NCBI GenBank assembly: GCA_041308845.1
Contig: JBFZAT010000002.1
Span: 566-64,565 of the forward strand
Source of the DNA: Candidatus Omnitrophota bacterium
Lineage (GTDB): Bacteria; Omnitrophota; Gorgyraeia; Gygaellales; Profunditerraquicolaceae
DNA length: 64,000 nt
Direction of reading: 5' to 3'
The notes below the pieces were generated by a model. The model was not told the origin of the DNA, ran no database searches, and saw only the letters and a list, made by a program, of their open reading frames with translations. Both the position numbers and the translations under genes were made by a program. Of this stretch, positions 39,553 through 48,639 are shown piece by piece. Each line of letters starts with the position of its first letter. The first letter of the stretch is position 1.

Positions 39553-40423
39553 GGGCTCGATTGTGGCCATCGTTACGCCTTTTAAAAATGGGAAAATTGA
39601 TGAAAAAAAATTACGGGATTTAGTCGATTTTCAGATTACTCAGGGGTCCAGCGGTATTGTCCCCTGCGGAACAACCGGAGAATCAGCGACTCTAAATTTT
39701 GAAGAACATGAAACGGTAATTCGGATTACCATTGAGCAGGTAAATAAACGGGTTTCGGTAATTGCCGGGACCGGTTCTAATTCTACTCAAGAAGCAATTA
39801 TGCTTACTCAGAAGGCCGCATCCGCCGGAGCAGATGCTTCTTTGCAAGTTTCCCCTTATTATAACCGGCCAACGCAAAAAGGTTTATACGAGCATTTTAA
39901 AGCGATTGCTCAATCAGTTAAAATTCCGATTATCTTGTATAATATTGCCGGACGTACCGGGGTGAATATCGAGCCGGAGACCATAGCTAGGTTAGCCAGG
40001 GATTGCAAGAATATCGTTGCCGTAAAAGAAGCTTCAGGAAGTTTGGACCAGATGTCCCGGATAAAACAACTTTGCCCGCAAGAATTCGGTTTGATTTCCG
40101 GAGATGACGCTTTGACCTTGCCGGTACTGAGTATCGGCGGTACTGGGATAATTTCGGTTGTAGCTAATATTGTACCTGCGGATATGGCGGATTTAGTTTC
40201 CGCTTTCGCTCAAGGTAATTTTAAGCGGGCTCAAGCATTACATTATAAATTGTTGCCTTTAATTAAAGCGGTATTCCTGGAAACTAATCCGATTCCGGTT
40301 AAAACCGCAATGGGTTTGTTGGGGATGTGCGAACCAGATTTACGTTTACCAATGTGCAGTATGGCTGATGACAATTTAGCCAAGCTTAGAACGGCTCTAA
40401 AAGATTACGGTTTACTGAAATAA
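39545..40423 (+). CDS. dapA: 4-hydroxy-tetrahydrodipicolinate synthase
   Basis: VAIVTPF, GTTGES and active-site Lys (VAVKEASG) motifs. Confidence 0.9.
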   Translation: MFKGSIVAIVTPFKNGKIDEKKLRDLVDFQITQGSSGIVPCGTTGESATLNFEEHETVIRITIEQVNKRVSVIAGTGSNSTQEAIMLTQKAASAGADASLQVSPYYNRPTQKGLYEHFKAIAQSVKIPIILYNIAGRTGVNIEPETIARLARDCKNIVAVKEASGSLDQMSRIKQLCPQEFGLISGDDALTLPVLSIGGTGIISVVANIVPADMADLVSAFAQGNFKRAQALHYKLLPLIKAVFLETNPIPVKTAMGLLGMCEPDLRLPMCSMADDNLAKLRTALKDYGLLK

Positions 40424-40449
40424 TTTTTATTAAAAGTTAGAGGAGAATA

Positions 40450-41166
40450 TTGATGATTAAAATCGGCATTACCGGTGCTTGCGGCAGAATGGGCCGGCGC
40501 ATTTATGAGCTGGCCAGTGCGGATAAGGATTTAGAAGTAGCCCTGGCTTTAGAAAAAAAAGGCACTCCTTTGATTGGTAAAGATTTAGGGAAGATCAAAG
40601 TTTCTTCCAATCTTGACGGATTATTTTTAATTGATGTATTGGTGGATTTTACTTTGCCGGAAGCGGTGGATGCGCACCTGGATTATGTGGCTAAATATAA
40701 AAAAGCCTATGTTTTAGGGACCACCGGGCTAAGTCTGGAGCAGAAAAATAAAATCGAAGAGATAGCTAAAATTGTCCCGGTAGTTTTTAGCCCGAATATG
40801 TCCATTGGGGTAAACGTTTTATTTTCAATGCTACCGGAGATGGCTAAAAGATTAGGGTCGGATTATAGCGTAGAGATCGTCGAGGCACATCATACAGCTA
40901 AGAAAGATGCCCCCAGCGGAACGGCAAAGAAATTAGCGGAAGTGATTAAACAGGTAACTAGTAAAGATATACCGACGCATTCGATCCGGTTAGGTGATAT
41001 TTTTGGTGATCACCAAATAGTTTTCTGCGGAAATTCCGAAAGGATCGAGATTAAGCATCAGGCGCATTCGCGCGATCTATTTGTAGTCGGGGCATTAAAG
41101 GCTGTTAAATGGATCATTGGCAAGCCAGCCGGTCTTTATTCAATGCAGGATGTGCTAAAGCAGTAG
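40450..41166 (+). CDS. dapB: 4-hydroxy-tetrahydrodipicolinate reductase
   Basis: IGITGACGRMGRR NAD(P)-binding motif and EAHHTAKKDAPSGTA catalytic region. Confidence 0.85.
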   Translation: MMIKIGITGACGRMGRRIYELASADKDLEVALALEKKGTPLIGKDLGKIKVSSNLDGLFLIDVLVDFTLPEAVDAHLDYVAKYKKAYVLGTTGLSLEQKNKIEEIAKIVPVVFSPNMSIGVNVLFSMLPEMAKRLGSDYSVEIVEAHHTAKKDAPSGTAKKLAEVIKQVTSKDIPTHSIRLGDIFGDHQIVFCGNSERIEIKHQAHSRDLFVVGALKAVKWIIGKPAGLYSMQDVLKQ

Positions 41167-41205
41167 GCTGAAAATAAGAAAAACGAAAAGGGGTCCAGTA
41201 AAAAT

Positions 41206-42366
41206 ATGTTTAAACTGTCTAAAAAAGTTCAAGCATTGCCACCGTACTTATTCCTGGAAATTGACCAGGCTAAACGTAAAGCCCGCGCCGCAGGCCGGGA
41301 TATTATTGATTTAGGCATTGGAGATCCGGACCAGCCTACACCCAAATTTATTATTGATGCTCTAAACCAGGCCGCCCTGGATCCGGCTAATCACCGTTAC
41401 GCTTTAGACCAGGGGATGCCGGTGTTGCGCAGCGCTGTTGCGGATTGGTATAAAAGCAGGTTTAAGGTCAGTTTAAATCCGGAGAATGAGATTTTACCTT
41501 TAATCGGTTCCAAAGAGGGGATTGCGCATTTTCCGTTAGCTTTCTTAGATCCTGGGGATATGTCTTTGGTTCCTGATCCGTGTTATCCGCCTTACAAGGG
41601 AGGGACAATCTTAGCCGGCGGCAAACCTTATCTTATGCCTTTATTAGCTAGTAATGATTTTTTGCCGGATTTAAAAAAAATTCCATTATCGGTAGCTAAA
41701 GCAGCTAAAATCATTTTTGTTAATTATCCAAATAATCCGACCAGTGCTTGTGCTAGCAATGATTTTTATACCGAATTAATTGAATTTGCGACAAAAAATA
41801 GGATTATTATTATTTCGGACCTGGCTTATTCGGAAATGGCTTACGATGGATATCGGCCGCGCAGCCTTTTGGAATTTCCCGGGGCAAGCGCAGTGGCCAT
41901 CGAATTTCATTCTTTATCCAAGACCTATAATATGACTGGTTGGAGAGTAGGTTGGGCTTGCGGTAATGCGCAATTGGTGGCGGCGTTAGCTAAAGTTAAA
42001 AGCAATATTGATTCGGGTATTTTTTCGGCAATTCAACTGGCTGCCGTGGCTGCCTTAAAGGGTAATCAGGATTACTTAAAAGAAATGTGCTCGCTTTATC
42101 AACAAAGGCGGGATGTTTTGGTAGATGGCTTGAAATGTTTAGGTTGGGAGGCGCTTAGGCCCAAGGCGACATTTTACGTCTGGATAAAAACTCCTCCTAA
42201 AACCGACGCCATCAGTTTTGCAGCGCAGCTTTTAAAAGAAGCTGATATTGTGGCTACTCCCGGAGTAGGTTTTGGCCGCTATGGCCAGGGTTATATCCGG
42301 ATGGCCTTGACTGTTTCTGATGATAGAATTAAAGAGGTTCTAAGACGTATTAAAAAATTTTCCTAA
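41206..42366 (+). CDS. dapL: class I PLP aminotransferase, probably LL-diaminopimelate aminotransferase (DapL)
   Basis: Fold-type I aminotransferase (SLSKTYNMTGWRVG with PLP Lys). Sits among dapF/A/B/lysA, and no dapD/dapC/dapE is visible, which fits the DapL route. Confidence 0.6.
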   Translation: MFKLSKKVQALPPYLFLEIDQAKRKARAAGRDIIDLGIGDPDQPTPKFIIDALNQAALDPANHRYALDQGMPVLRSAVADWYKSRFKVSLNPENEILPLIGSKEGIAHFPLAFLDPGDMSLVPDPCYPPYKGGTILAGGKPYLMPLLASNDFLPDLKKIPLSVAKAAKIIFVNYPNNPTSACASNDFYTELIEFATKNRIIIISDLAYSEMAYDGYRPRSLLEFPGASAVAIEFHSLSKTYNMTGWRVGWACGNAQLVAALAKVKSNIDSGIFSAIQLAAVAALKGNQDYLKEMCSLYQQRRDVLVDGLKCLGWEALRPKATFYVWIKTPPKTDAISFAAQLLKEADIVATPGVGFGRYGQGYIRMALTVSDDRIKEVLRRIKKFS

Positions 42367-42767
42367 TGGTTATTGTTTACCTGGGCGTGGGCTCGAATTT
42401 AGGCAATCGCAGAAAGAATATAAAATTGGCAGTCAAATCAATTGAGGCTTTAAAAGACACTAGAATTATTAAACAATCCAGATTAATCGAAACCTTGCCT
42501 TGCGGCGGACCTTCCGGTCAGCCTCTTTATTTGAATGCCGCCTTAAAAATCAGTACGAATTTTTCTCCTCTAAAATTATTGAAAAATTTAAAAAAAATCG
42601 AAAAAGACTTGGGTCGGGTTCCGGCCGCTCGCTATGGTGCGCGGGTTATTGATTTAGATATTTTACTTTATGCAACCCGGCGGATATGCAGCCGGATTCT
42701 GACTATCCCACATCCGCGGATGTTTGACCGGGATTTTGTAATCCAGCCATTAATCGAGGTTTTATGA
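42366..42767 (+). CDS. folK: 2-amino-4-hydroxy-6-hydroxymethyldihydropteridine diphosphokinase
   Basis: VYLGVGSNLGNR ... IDLDILLY ... HPRM motifs of HPPK. Confidence 0.8.
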   Translation: MVIVYLGVGSNLGNRRKNIKLAVKSIEALKDTRIIKQSRLIETLPCGGPSGQPLYLNAALKISTNFSPLKLLKNLKKIEKDLGRVPAARYGARVIDLDILLYATRRICSRILTIPHPRMFDRDFVIQPLIEVL

Positions 42768-43612
42768 GAGTTATCCGTATTCCGCAGCAGATTAGCAAAT
42801 TACTTAAAAGACAAAAAAATAAAGGTAGGCGGATTGGTTTGGTGCCTACGATGGGTGCATTGCATTTAGGACATTTAAGTTTAATTAAACAGGCCAAGCA
42901 AGATAATGATCTGGTAGTTGTAAGCATATTTGTGAATCCGGTTCAGTTCGGCCCCCGCGAAGATTTACGCCGCTATCCTCGCCCACTGGCAGATGACCTC
43001 TTACTTTGCCGTAAACACAAGGTAGATTTGGTTTTTTTGCCTGATCATAAAAACATGTATCCGGAAGGTTTTTCTACCTTTGTCAGTGTGGAAGGGTTAA
43101 GCCAATTACTTTGCGGAGCCACCCGCCCGGGACATTTTCGAGGAGTAGCTACTGTGATTGCTAAACTGCTGAATATTATCGGACCAGAATTTATTTATTT
43201 GGGCCAGAAAGATGCGCAGCAGGCAGTGATATTAGCTAGAATGATTAAAGATCTGAATTTTCCGGTTCAGGTTAAAGTTCTGCCAATTGTACGCCAGAAA
43301 GACGGGTTAGCTTTAAGTTCACGTAATCTTTATTTAACTCAAAGCCAGAGAGTACAGGCACAAGTTTTATATAAAGCTTTAGGTCTGGCCCGGTCTTTGA
43401 TTAAACATGGCCAAGCCGATGCTGTCAGGGTTATCAGTAGGATCAAAGAGTTAATTGCCAGGCACAAACAGATAAAGATCGATTATGTAGCGATTGTTGA
43501 TTTAGATAAACTTCAGCCGATTCTCAAGATAAAACAGGATTGCCTGGTTTGTTTAGCGGTTGAAATTGGTAAAACCCGGTTGATTGATAATATGGTGGTA
43601 ACCTGTGGTTAA
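42764..43612 (+). CDS. panC: pantoate--beta-alanine ligase
   Basis: VPTMGALHLGHLSL (HIGH-type) motif; 282 aa. Confidence 0.9.
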   Translation: MRVIRIPQQISKLLKRQKNKGRRIGLVPTMGALHLGHLSLIKQAKQDNDLVVVSIFVNPVQFGPREDLRRYPRPLADDLLLCRKHKVDLVFLPDHKNMYPEGFSTFVSVEGLSQLLCGATRPGHFRGVATVIAKLLNIIGPEFIYLGQKDAQQAVILARMIKDLNFPVQVKVLPIVRQKDGLALSSRNLYLTQSQRVQAQVLYKALGLARSLIKHGQADAVRVISRIKELIARHKQIKIDYVAIVDLDKLQPILKIKQDCLVCLAVEIGKTRLIDNMVVTCG

Positions 43613-44432
43613 AAACAAAAAACTAAAAATTGGGATTGTCGGATGCGGGGCGATTGGCAGTTCATTGGCTAAAGAAATTGCTTTAAATTTCAGTAACAAC
43701 TCTGTTCTTTCTGCGTTCTTTGATATTAAGCCGGCTAAAAGTCTATTACTTGCTCAGAAAATAAACAAAAGTAAAAGATTATGCGTAGATAATTTAGATG
43801 CCCTAATTAAAGCATCAGATCTGGTTATTGAAGCATCGTCTGCTCGTGCTTCCTGGGAGATTACTGCTAAAGCATTGATTTACGGCCGTAGAGTGATGGT
43901 GATGAGTGTAGGTGGGATGGTTGGCCACCTGGACCAGCTTTTTGATTTAGCTCTCAAACATAAGGCGCAGGTTTATTTCCCCAGTGGGGCCATTTGTGGT
44001 ATTGATGGTTTAAAGGCAGCTGGTATTGCTGGAGTGCGCAGAGTAGTCTTAACTACACGTAAACATCCTAAGGCTTTCAGCGGTGTGGAATATGTAACGC
44101 AAAGATTCAAATTAACCGGTTTAAAAAAAGATAAACTTCTTTTTAATGGCACAGCGGCGCAGGCGGTAAAATATTTTCCGCAGAATATTAATGTCGCTGC
44201 AGTGTTAGGATTGGCTGGTATCGGTATGCATAAAACTAAAGTGCGTATAATTGCCAGCCCCATGGTTAGTAAAAATATCCATGAAGTTTTGATTGAATCC
44301 AAAGCGGCGAAGATTTTTACCCGGACTGAAAATATTCTGCATCCGCAGAACCCCAAGACTTCGTATTTGGCGGTTCTATCGGCGGTGGCGACTTTAAGGC
44401 AAATTTTACAACCGGTAAAAATCGGCACCTAG
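43605..44432 (+). CDS. nadX: L-aspartate dehydrogenase
   Basis: IGIVGCGAIG Rossmann motif plus FPSGAI.G.DGL and NPKTS..AVLSA blocks closely resembling Thermotoga NadX. Confidence 0.75.
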   Translation: MVKNKKLKIGIVGCGAIGSSLAKEIALNFSNNSVLSAFFDIKPAKSLLLAQKINKSKRLCVDNLDALIKASDLVIEASSARASWEITAKALIYGRRVMVMSVGGMVGHLDQLFDLALKHKAQVYFPSGAICGIDGLKAAGIAGVRRVVLTTRKHPKAFSGVEYVTQRFKLTGLKKDKLLFNGTAAQAVKYFPQNINVAAVLGLAGIGMHKTKVRIIASPMVSKNIHEVLIESKAAKIFTRTENILHPQNPKTSYLAVLSAVATLRQILQPVKIGT

Positions 44433-44446
44433 ATTAATTTTCCTGC

Positions 44447-44473
44447 CGTATTCTTACATTCAGTAAGAATACG
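44447..44473. promoter_or_regulatory. perfect 11-bp inverted repeat (CGTATTCTTAC-5-GTAAGAATACG), candidate operator or processing hairpin
   Basis: Exact palindrome arms at 44447-44457 and 44463-44473 in the nadX/small-protein intergenic region, upstream of the radical-SAM operon; no U-tract follows. Confidence 0.35.
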
Positions 44474-44555
44474 ATCGGCGGGATTAATTCGGCCAACAGC
44501 TTAATAATTTTATCTTTAAGTTGTGGCCACATTCAGAAAGGGGGTGAGTACAAAG

Positions 44556-44795
44556 ATGGCAGATAAAGTGGTGAAGTTGGGAGTTAAAAGAGAAAAGGGG
44601 TACCTCTATTACATTGACAAGCAGGGCGATGTTTCTTGCGCAAAAATGGCTAGAGGTGCGAAAAAAGGGGGTAGCCCCAAAAAGGTAGCCAAGTGTGGCA
44701 TTAAAAGAAAAGTCGGATACCTTTATTTCTTGGATAAGAAGGGTGATGTTTCCTGCGCCAAGATGAAAAGAGGCGGTAAGAAGAAAAAGAAATAA
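44556..44795 (+). CDS. small highly basic protein built of two tandem ~35-aa repeats (function unknown)
   Basis: Strong RBS (aagggggtga) 8 nt before ATG 44556. Repeat units KLGVKREKGYLYYIDKQGDVSCAKMARGAKKGG and KCGIKRKVGYLYFLDKKGDVSCAKMKRGGKKKK. About 30% Lys/Arg. Confidence 0.5.
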   Translation: MADKVVKLGVKREKGYLYYIDKQGDVSCAKMARGAKKGGSPKKVAKCGIKRKVGYLYFLDKKGDVSCAKMKRGGKKKKK

Positions 44796-44883
44796 GTAAT
44801 ATATATCGACATAGCCCCGCGCTTATTTATTTTTTAAGGTGGGGCTATGTCCGTATATACTCACTTTAACCCGTATTTATCCT

Positions 44884-46344
44884 ATGATCCTCATAAATCC
44901 AAAAACCACTAAATTGGGAATATTTACTAGATACGTCCCATTAAGTGTTCCTATCGGAGTAGGCGCTTTAGCCGGCTATCTTTTACATAAGAATAGAAGC
45001 GTAGAAGTAATCGATGAGCAGATTGAACCATTATCTAAGCCGTTGTTAGAAAATTTGCTTAAGCGCTTAAGCCAGCCCTATATTTTCGGGATATCGGTTT
45101 TGACCGCATCCGCGCAAAGAAGCTATGATCTAGCGGGAATGCTTAAAGACTGGTATCCGGATTCCCGGGTGATTCTGGGTGGAATACACCCCAGTGTGTT
45201 GCCCCAGGAGGCTTTAGAGAAAGAAACGGTTGATTTTGTAATCAGAGGAGAAGGCGAACAGCCACTTCTAGAATTATACGATGCGCTTAAACAACAGAGG
45301 GATTATCGTCAAATTAAAAATTTATCTTATCGGGTTAATGGCAAGATAATCCATAACCCCCTGGCGGAATTTCCTGACTTAAAAGATTTGGGCACGTTTC
45401 CTTACCATTTATTCGAAAAGAATATCGGAAAATATAATTTCGGTTTCATTGCCAGCTCCAGAGGCTGCCCATATGATTGTATATTTTGCAGCCAGCGGAT
45501 TATTTCCGGCAGGAAATTCCGTTATTTTCCAGATGAAGTCGTGATACAAGAGCTGGATCTTTTAATTAATCAATACCGGCAAACCCATATTAATTTTGTA
45601 GACGATAATTTTACAGCGAATAAATCCCGGGTGGCCCGTTTATGTGAACAAATCATTAAAAAAGGTTTTCCGGAGAAAACGAGTTTTGATTTTCAGACCC
45701 GCGCGGATGCGGTAGACGACGCAATATTGGAGTTATTAAAAAGAGCGGGGTTCCGTCTGGTTAACTACGGCTTAGAAACTGCTTCTGAACGGTTGATGTT
45801 GTTATTAAATAAAAAAGAAACGGTCGCCGATAATATTGCGGCGGTTAAGCTGGCTCAAAAACATGGTTTTGGTGTATCGGGCACTTTTATTTTTGGCTTG
45901 CCCACGGAAACCCGGCAAGACCGTTGGCAGGCCTATGCGCTGGCTAAACGCTTGGATTTAGATTATGTGCGGTTTAATAACGCTACTCCTTATCCGGGAA
46001 CTAAGCTTTATGAGTTGGCTCAAGAAGAGGGTAGACTTTTTATCGAAGAGGGCTGGAGTAATCTTAATGCCTGCGCTTCTTTAGTCCAAGATTCACTGAC
46101 TGAATCAAAATTGCCTTATCTTCCCTTGGGGTGCGTGGAAGAAGAATTAAAAAAAGATATTATTAAAGCTAATTTATTTTTTTCGCTTCGGCCGCATAGA
46201 GTTTTTAGATTACTGGCTAAACGCATAGGGCCAGCCGGTTGGTTTTATTTGCCGGCGCGTTGGTATTTTAGCCTCAAAGAATGGCGCTGCCTTTTTAAAT
46301 TAGGATTCAGTTTGGTTAAGTCATTGATTAAGTTATATCTATGA
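44884..46344 (+). CDS. B12-binding domain radical SAM enzyme (class B), #1
   Basis: N-terminal cobalamin-binding-like domain (MILINP..., GGIHPS) followed by the radical SAM core SSRGCPYDCIFC (CxxxCxxC). The GTG at 44839 is an alternative start. Confidence 0.8.
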   Translation: MILINPKTTKLGIFTRYVPLSVPIGVGALAGYLLHKNRSVEVIDEQIEPLSKPLLENLLKRLSQPYIFGISVLTASAQRSYDLAGMLKDWYPDSRVILGGIHPSVLPQEALEKETVDFVIRGEGEQPLLELYDALKQQRDYRQIKNLSYRVNGKIIHNPLAEFPDLKDLGTFPYHLFEKNIGKYNFGFIASSRGCPYDCIFCSQRIISGRKFRYFPDEVVIQELDLLINQYRQTHINFVDDNFTANKSRVARLCEQIIKKGFPEKTSFDFQTRADAVDDAILELLKRAGFRLVNYGLETASERLMLLLNKKETVADNIAAVKLAQKHGFGVSGTFIFGLPTETRQDRWQAYALAKRLDLDYVRFNNATPYPGTKLYELAQEEGRLFIEEGWSNLNACASLVQDSLTESKLPYLPLGCVEEELKKDIIKANLFFSLRPHRVFRLLAKRIGPAGWFYLPARWYFSLKEWRCLFKLGFSLVKSLIKLYL

Positions 46345-48617
46345 AAATTAATAAGAAATTTATCGAAATCTTAAGCGTTATTGCCGTGATCTTTGCAGTA
46401 ATTGTCTTACAGCGGGACATTTGGATCACCGGAAAACGCATGTTTACCGCCGACAGTATTATCTGGTTTGGTGTTTTTGCTTATTTTTCTGATTGTTTAC
46501 AGCAATGGGTTTTGCCTCTCTGGAATCCTTATATGAACTGTGGAGAGGTGTTTTTTTTAAATATCGATGTTCTGCATTTATGGGATCCGGGCACACTGTT
46601 TTTAGTTTTTGCGGGCAAGTTTCTTAAAATTGACACCTTAACTATTTATCATTTTGATTTATTGCTACGCTATTTAATCTTTATTTTAGGCGGATATCTA
46701 TTCTTCAGGCGGCTGGCTAAATATAAAATTAGCGCACTAGTCGCTTTTATAAGTTTAGCGTTTTCGTCCCTGGCTAGTATGTACTTGAAACAACACGGTG
46801 TAATTCTTTGTTTCTACCTTTTACCCTGGATACTACTATGCATCTTTAAACTTTTTGAAACAGAGGATCCAGCTGCTTTAATCGGGTTAGCTTTTTTAGG
46901 GGGAGTTACATTTTATACCGGATATCATGCCATGTATTTAGTTTCATCGGTAGGAACACTTCTGGCGTGTATTTTTTTAACAAAATGGGCTTTATTGCCA
47001 AAACTCTGCAGAATATTAAAACACCGTGTTTGGGTAAGTTTATCGATTTTATTTTTTTTATTAATAGTGGTTAACTTGATTCCGGTTTATCTAAAATACA
47101 ATAGCAGCACAGTCCCTACGGTGCGAATGTTTGAGTGCCCCGGGCCGGCAAATTCTTATTTTTCTGATTTTTTTACTTTGTTGGCTCCGCATTCTTTTTG
47201 GCTGCACTTAATAATTCTATTTTTTGATTCAACCAACCCGATGTCAGAAGTATTTCTTTATGTTGGATTAGTGCCGATTTTCTTGGCGATTGTTGGTTTA
47301 CTTTATTCTCGGCAGAGATATAAGGTTGGTTTTACACTGGCCCTTGGTTTAACTGCGTTATTAATGCTGGGTCCTAACTTTCTTGCTGTCCCGTTATTTT
47401 CTTTACTCATTCCTTATTTTTCGATCATTAGAAACACCCATATCTTCGGCACTTTCTTTATTTTCTGTCTGACTTATTTTGTCTGCCTTGGCCTAGATTA
47501 CTTAATGGAGTTGGCAGAGAGTTCCGCCCTCAGCCGGCATCGAAACCGGTTTATTTTAATTGCGGCGTTGATTGCTTCGGCTGCTTTATTTATTGCGAAT
47601 TATATACTTAAGATTTATGCGATGGGATTACAGTTATCTTCCGATAAATACCAAAGTATATCGGCCGCGATCGGGCAGGATTTAAGCCACATGCTCAGAG
47701 GGGGTCTGTCGAAGTCCTATCACCATATTTGGTTATTTATTATTGCCATATCGGTTATTCTTTATCTGCTGGAAAAGCCTAAAATAAGCTTGAAGATAAA
47801 ATATTTTACGTTAATTGCATTTATTTTAGTCGATTTAGTCCTGTTTAATCAGGCACTATATGATGGGATAACTTCTGGTCCAAGAGTAGATATGTCCAAC
47901 TGGGCCAAAGAAAGTACTGCCTATAGTGATTATCGGGCACCGGTAATGCAGCCTAAATGGCCGTTTTTCGGTTTTGCCCCGGCGCTGCTTAGGAAGTTTA
48001 CGGCTGAAAGTACAAGGATTCCATCTGTAACTACGCATTTTTATGAAATGAAGGATTATTTTAGATTTGTTAATGATGACCAAATTGATGTTTTGGCAAA
48101 GAACGTTTTTATGGGGGTATCTCAGCCGAGGCTTAAGCTGATTAATGCCGGAGTGGTAATGCCGGCGGTACTGCAGGCAGGGGAATTTAAAAAAATAAGC
48201 CAGCCAGCTTTAAATTGTGCGATTTTTATCGAGGAAGAATTACCGGAGAAGTTTCAGAAGTTAAAAATAAGTGTCGAAGAAATTAATCAAGCACGCATTG
48301 TGCAGGGGCAGATTAATGTCCTTAGCTTTGATCCAAACAGCCTCTTATTAGAAGTTGATTCCCCAGAGGATAGTTTTCTCTATTATAGCGATGTATTCGA
48401 TAAAGACTGGAGGGTTTTTATCGACGGGAAGGAAAATAAGGTTTACCGGACTAACTTGGCTTTTAAATCTGTGCTTGTGGAAAAAGGCAGTCACCGGGTG
48501 AGCTGGGTGTACGATCCGGTATTATATAAAATTACATTATATTGTTATTTCGCCGGAATCTTTCTGGCGGTTATCGGGTTTATTTATATATTGTTAAAAC
48601 GCAGAAAAAGACGTTAA
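46341..48617 (+). CDS. large polytopic membrane protein with a YfhO-like C-terminal region (putative envelope glycosyl/lipid transferase)
   Basis: 758 aa with more than 12 TM segments and a soluble C-terminal domain ending with a YfhO-like beta-rich segment (NKVYRTNLAFKSVLVEKGSHRVSWVYDP). ATGA overlap with rSAM #1. Confidence 0.45.
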   Translation: MKINKKFIEILSVIAVIFAVIVLQRDIWITGKRMFTADSIIWFGVFAYFSDCLQQWVLPLWNPYMNCGEVFFLNIDVLHLWDPGTLFLVFAGKFLKIDTLTIYHFDLLLRYLIFILGGYLFFRRLAKYKISALVAFISLAFSSLASMYLKQHGVILCFYLLPWILLCIFKLFETEDPAALIGLAFLGGVTFYTGYHAMYLVSSVGTLLACIFLTKWALLPKLCRILKHRVWVSLSILFFLLIVVNLIPVYLKYNSSTVPTVRMFECPGPANSYFSDFFTLLAPHSFWLHLIILFFDSTNPMSEVFLYVGLVPIFLAIVGLLYSRQRYKVGFTLALGLTALLMLGPNFLAVPLFSLLIPYFSIIRNTHIFGTFFIFCLTYFVCLGLDYLMELAESSALSRHRNRFILIAALIASAALFIANYILKIYAMGLQLSSDKYQSISAAIGQDLSHMLRGGLSKSYHHIWLFIIAISVILYLLEKPKISLKIKYFTLIAFILVDLVLFNQALYDGITSGPRVDMSNWAKESTAYSDYRAPVMQPKWPFFGFAPALLRKFTAESTRIPSVTTHFYEMKDYFRFVNDDQIDVLAKNVFMGVSQPRLKLINAGVVMPAVLQAGEFKKISQPALNCAIFIEEELPEKFQKLKISVEEINQARIVQGQINVLSFDPNSLLLEVDSPEDSFLYYSDVFDKDWRVFIDGKENKVYRTNLAFKSVLVEKGSHRVSWVYDPVLYKITLYCYFAGIFLAVIGFIYILLKRRKRR

Positions 48618-48639
48618 TGATTATTTTACAAGACGTTCG

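Noticed and set aside
43973-44428. 151-aa minus-strand ORF, and all other minus-strand ORFs in the track (e.g. 36600-37010, 49201-49611, 25752-26066, 19614-19970)
   Set aside because: Each lies entirely antisense inside a well-supported + strand gene with clear family motifs (nadX, argH, radical SAM, leuB, fabH). They have no RBS or homology signal and are typical shadow ORFs.
44556-44795. Calling the small basic repeat protein a ribosomal protein or a confirmed RiPP precursor
   Set aside because: No match to any ribosomal protein family I know. A precursor role is plausible but unsupported (no recognisable leader/core architecture or RRE-containing partner), so it is kept as a hypothesis only.
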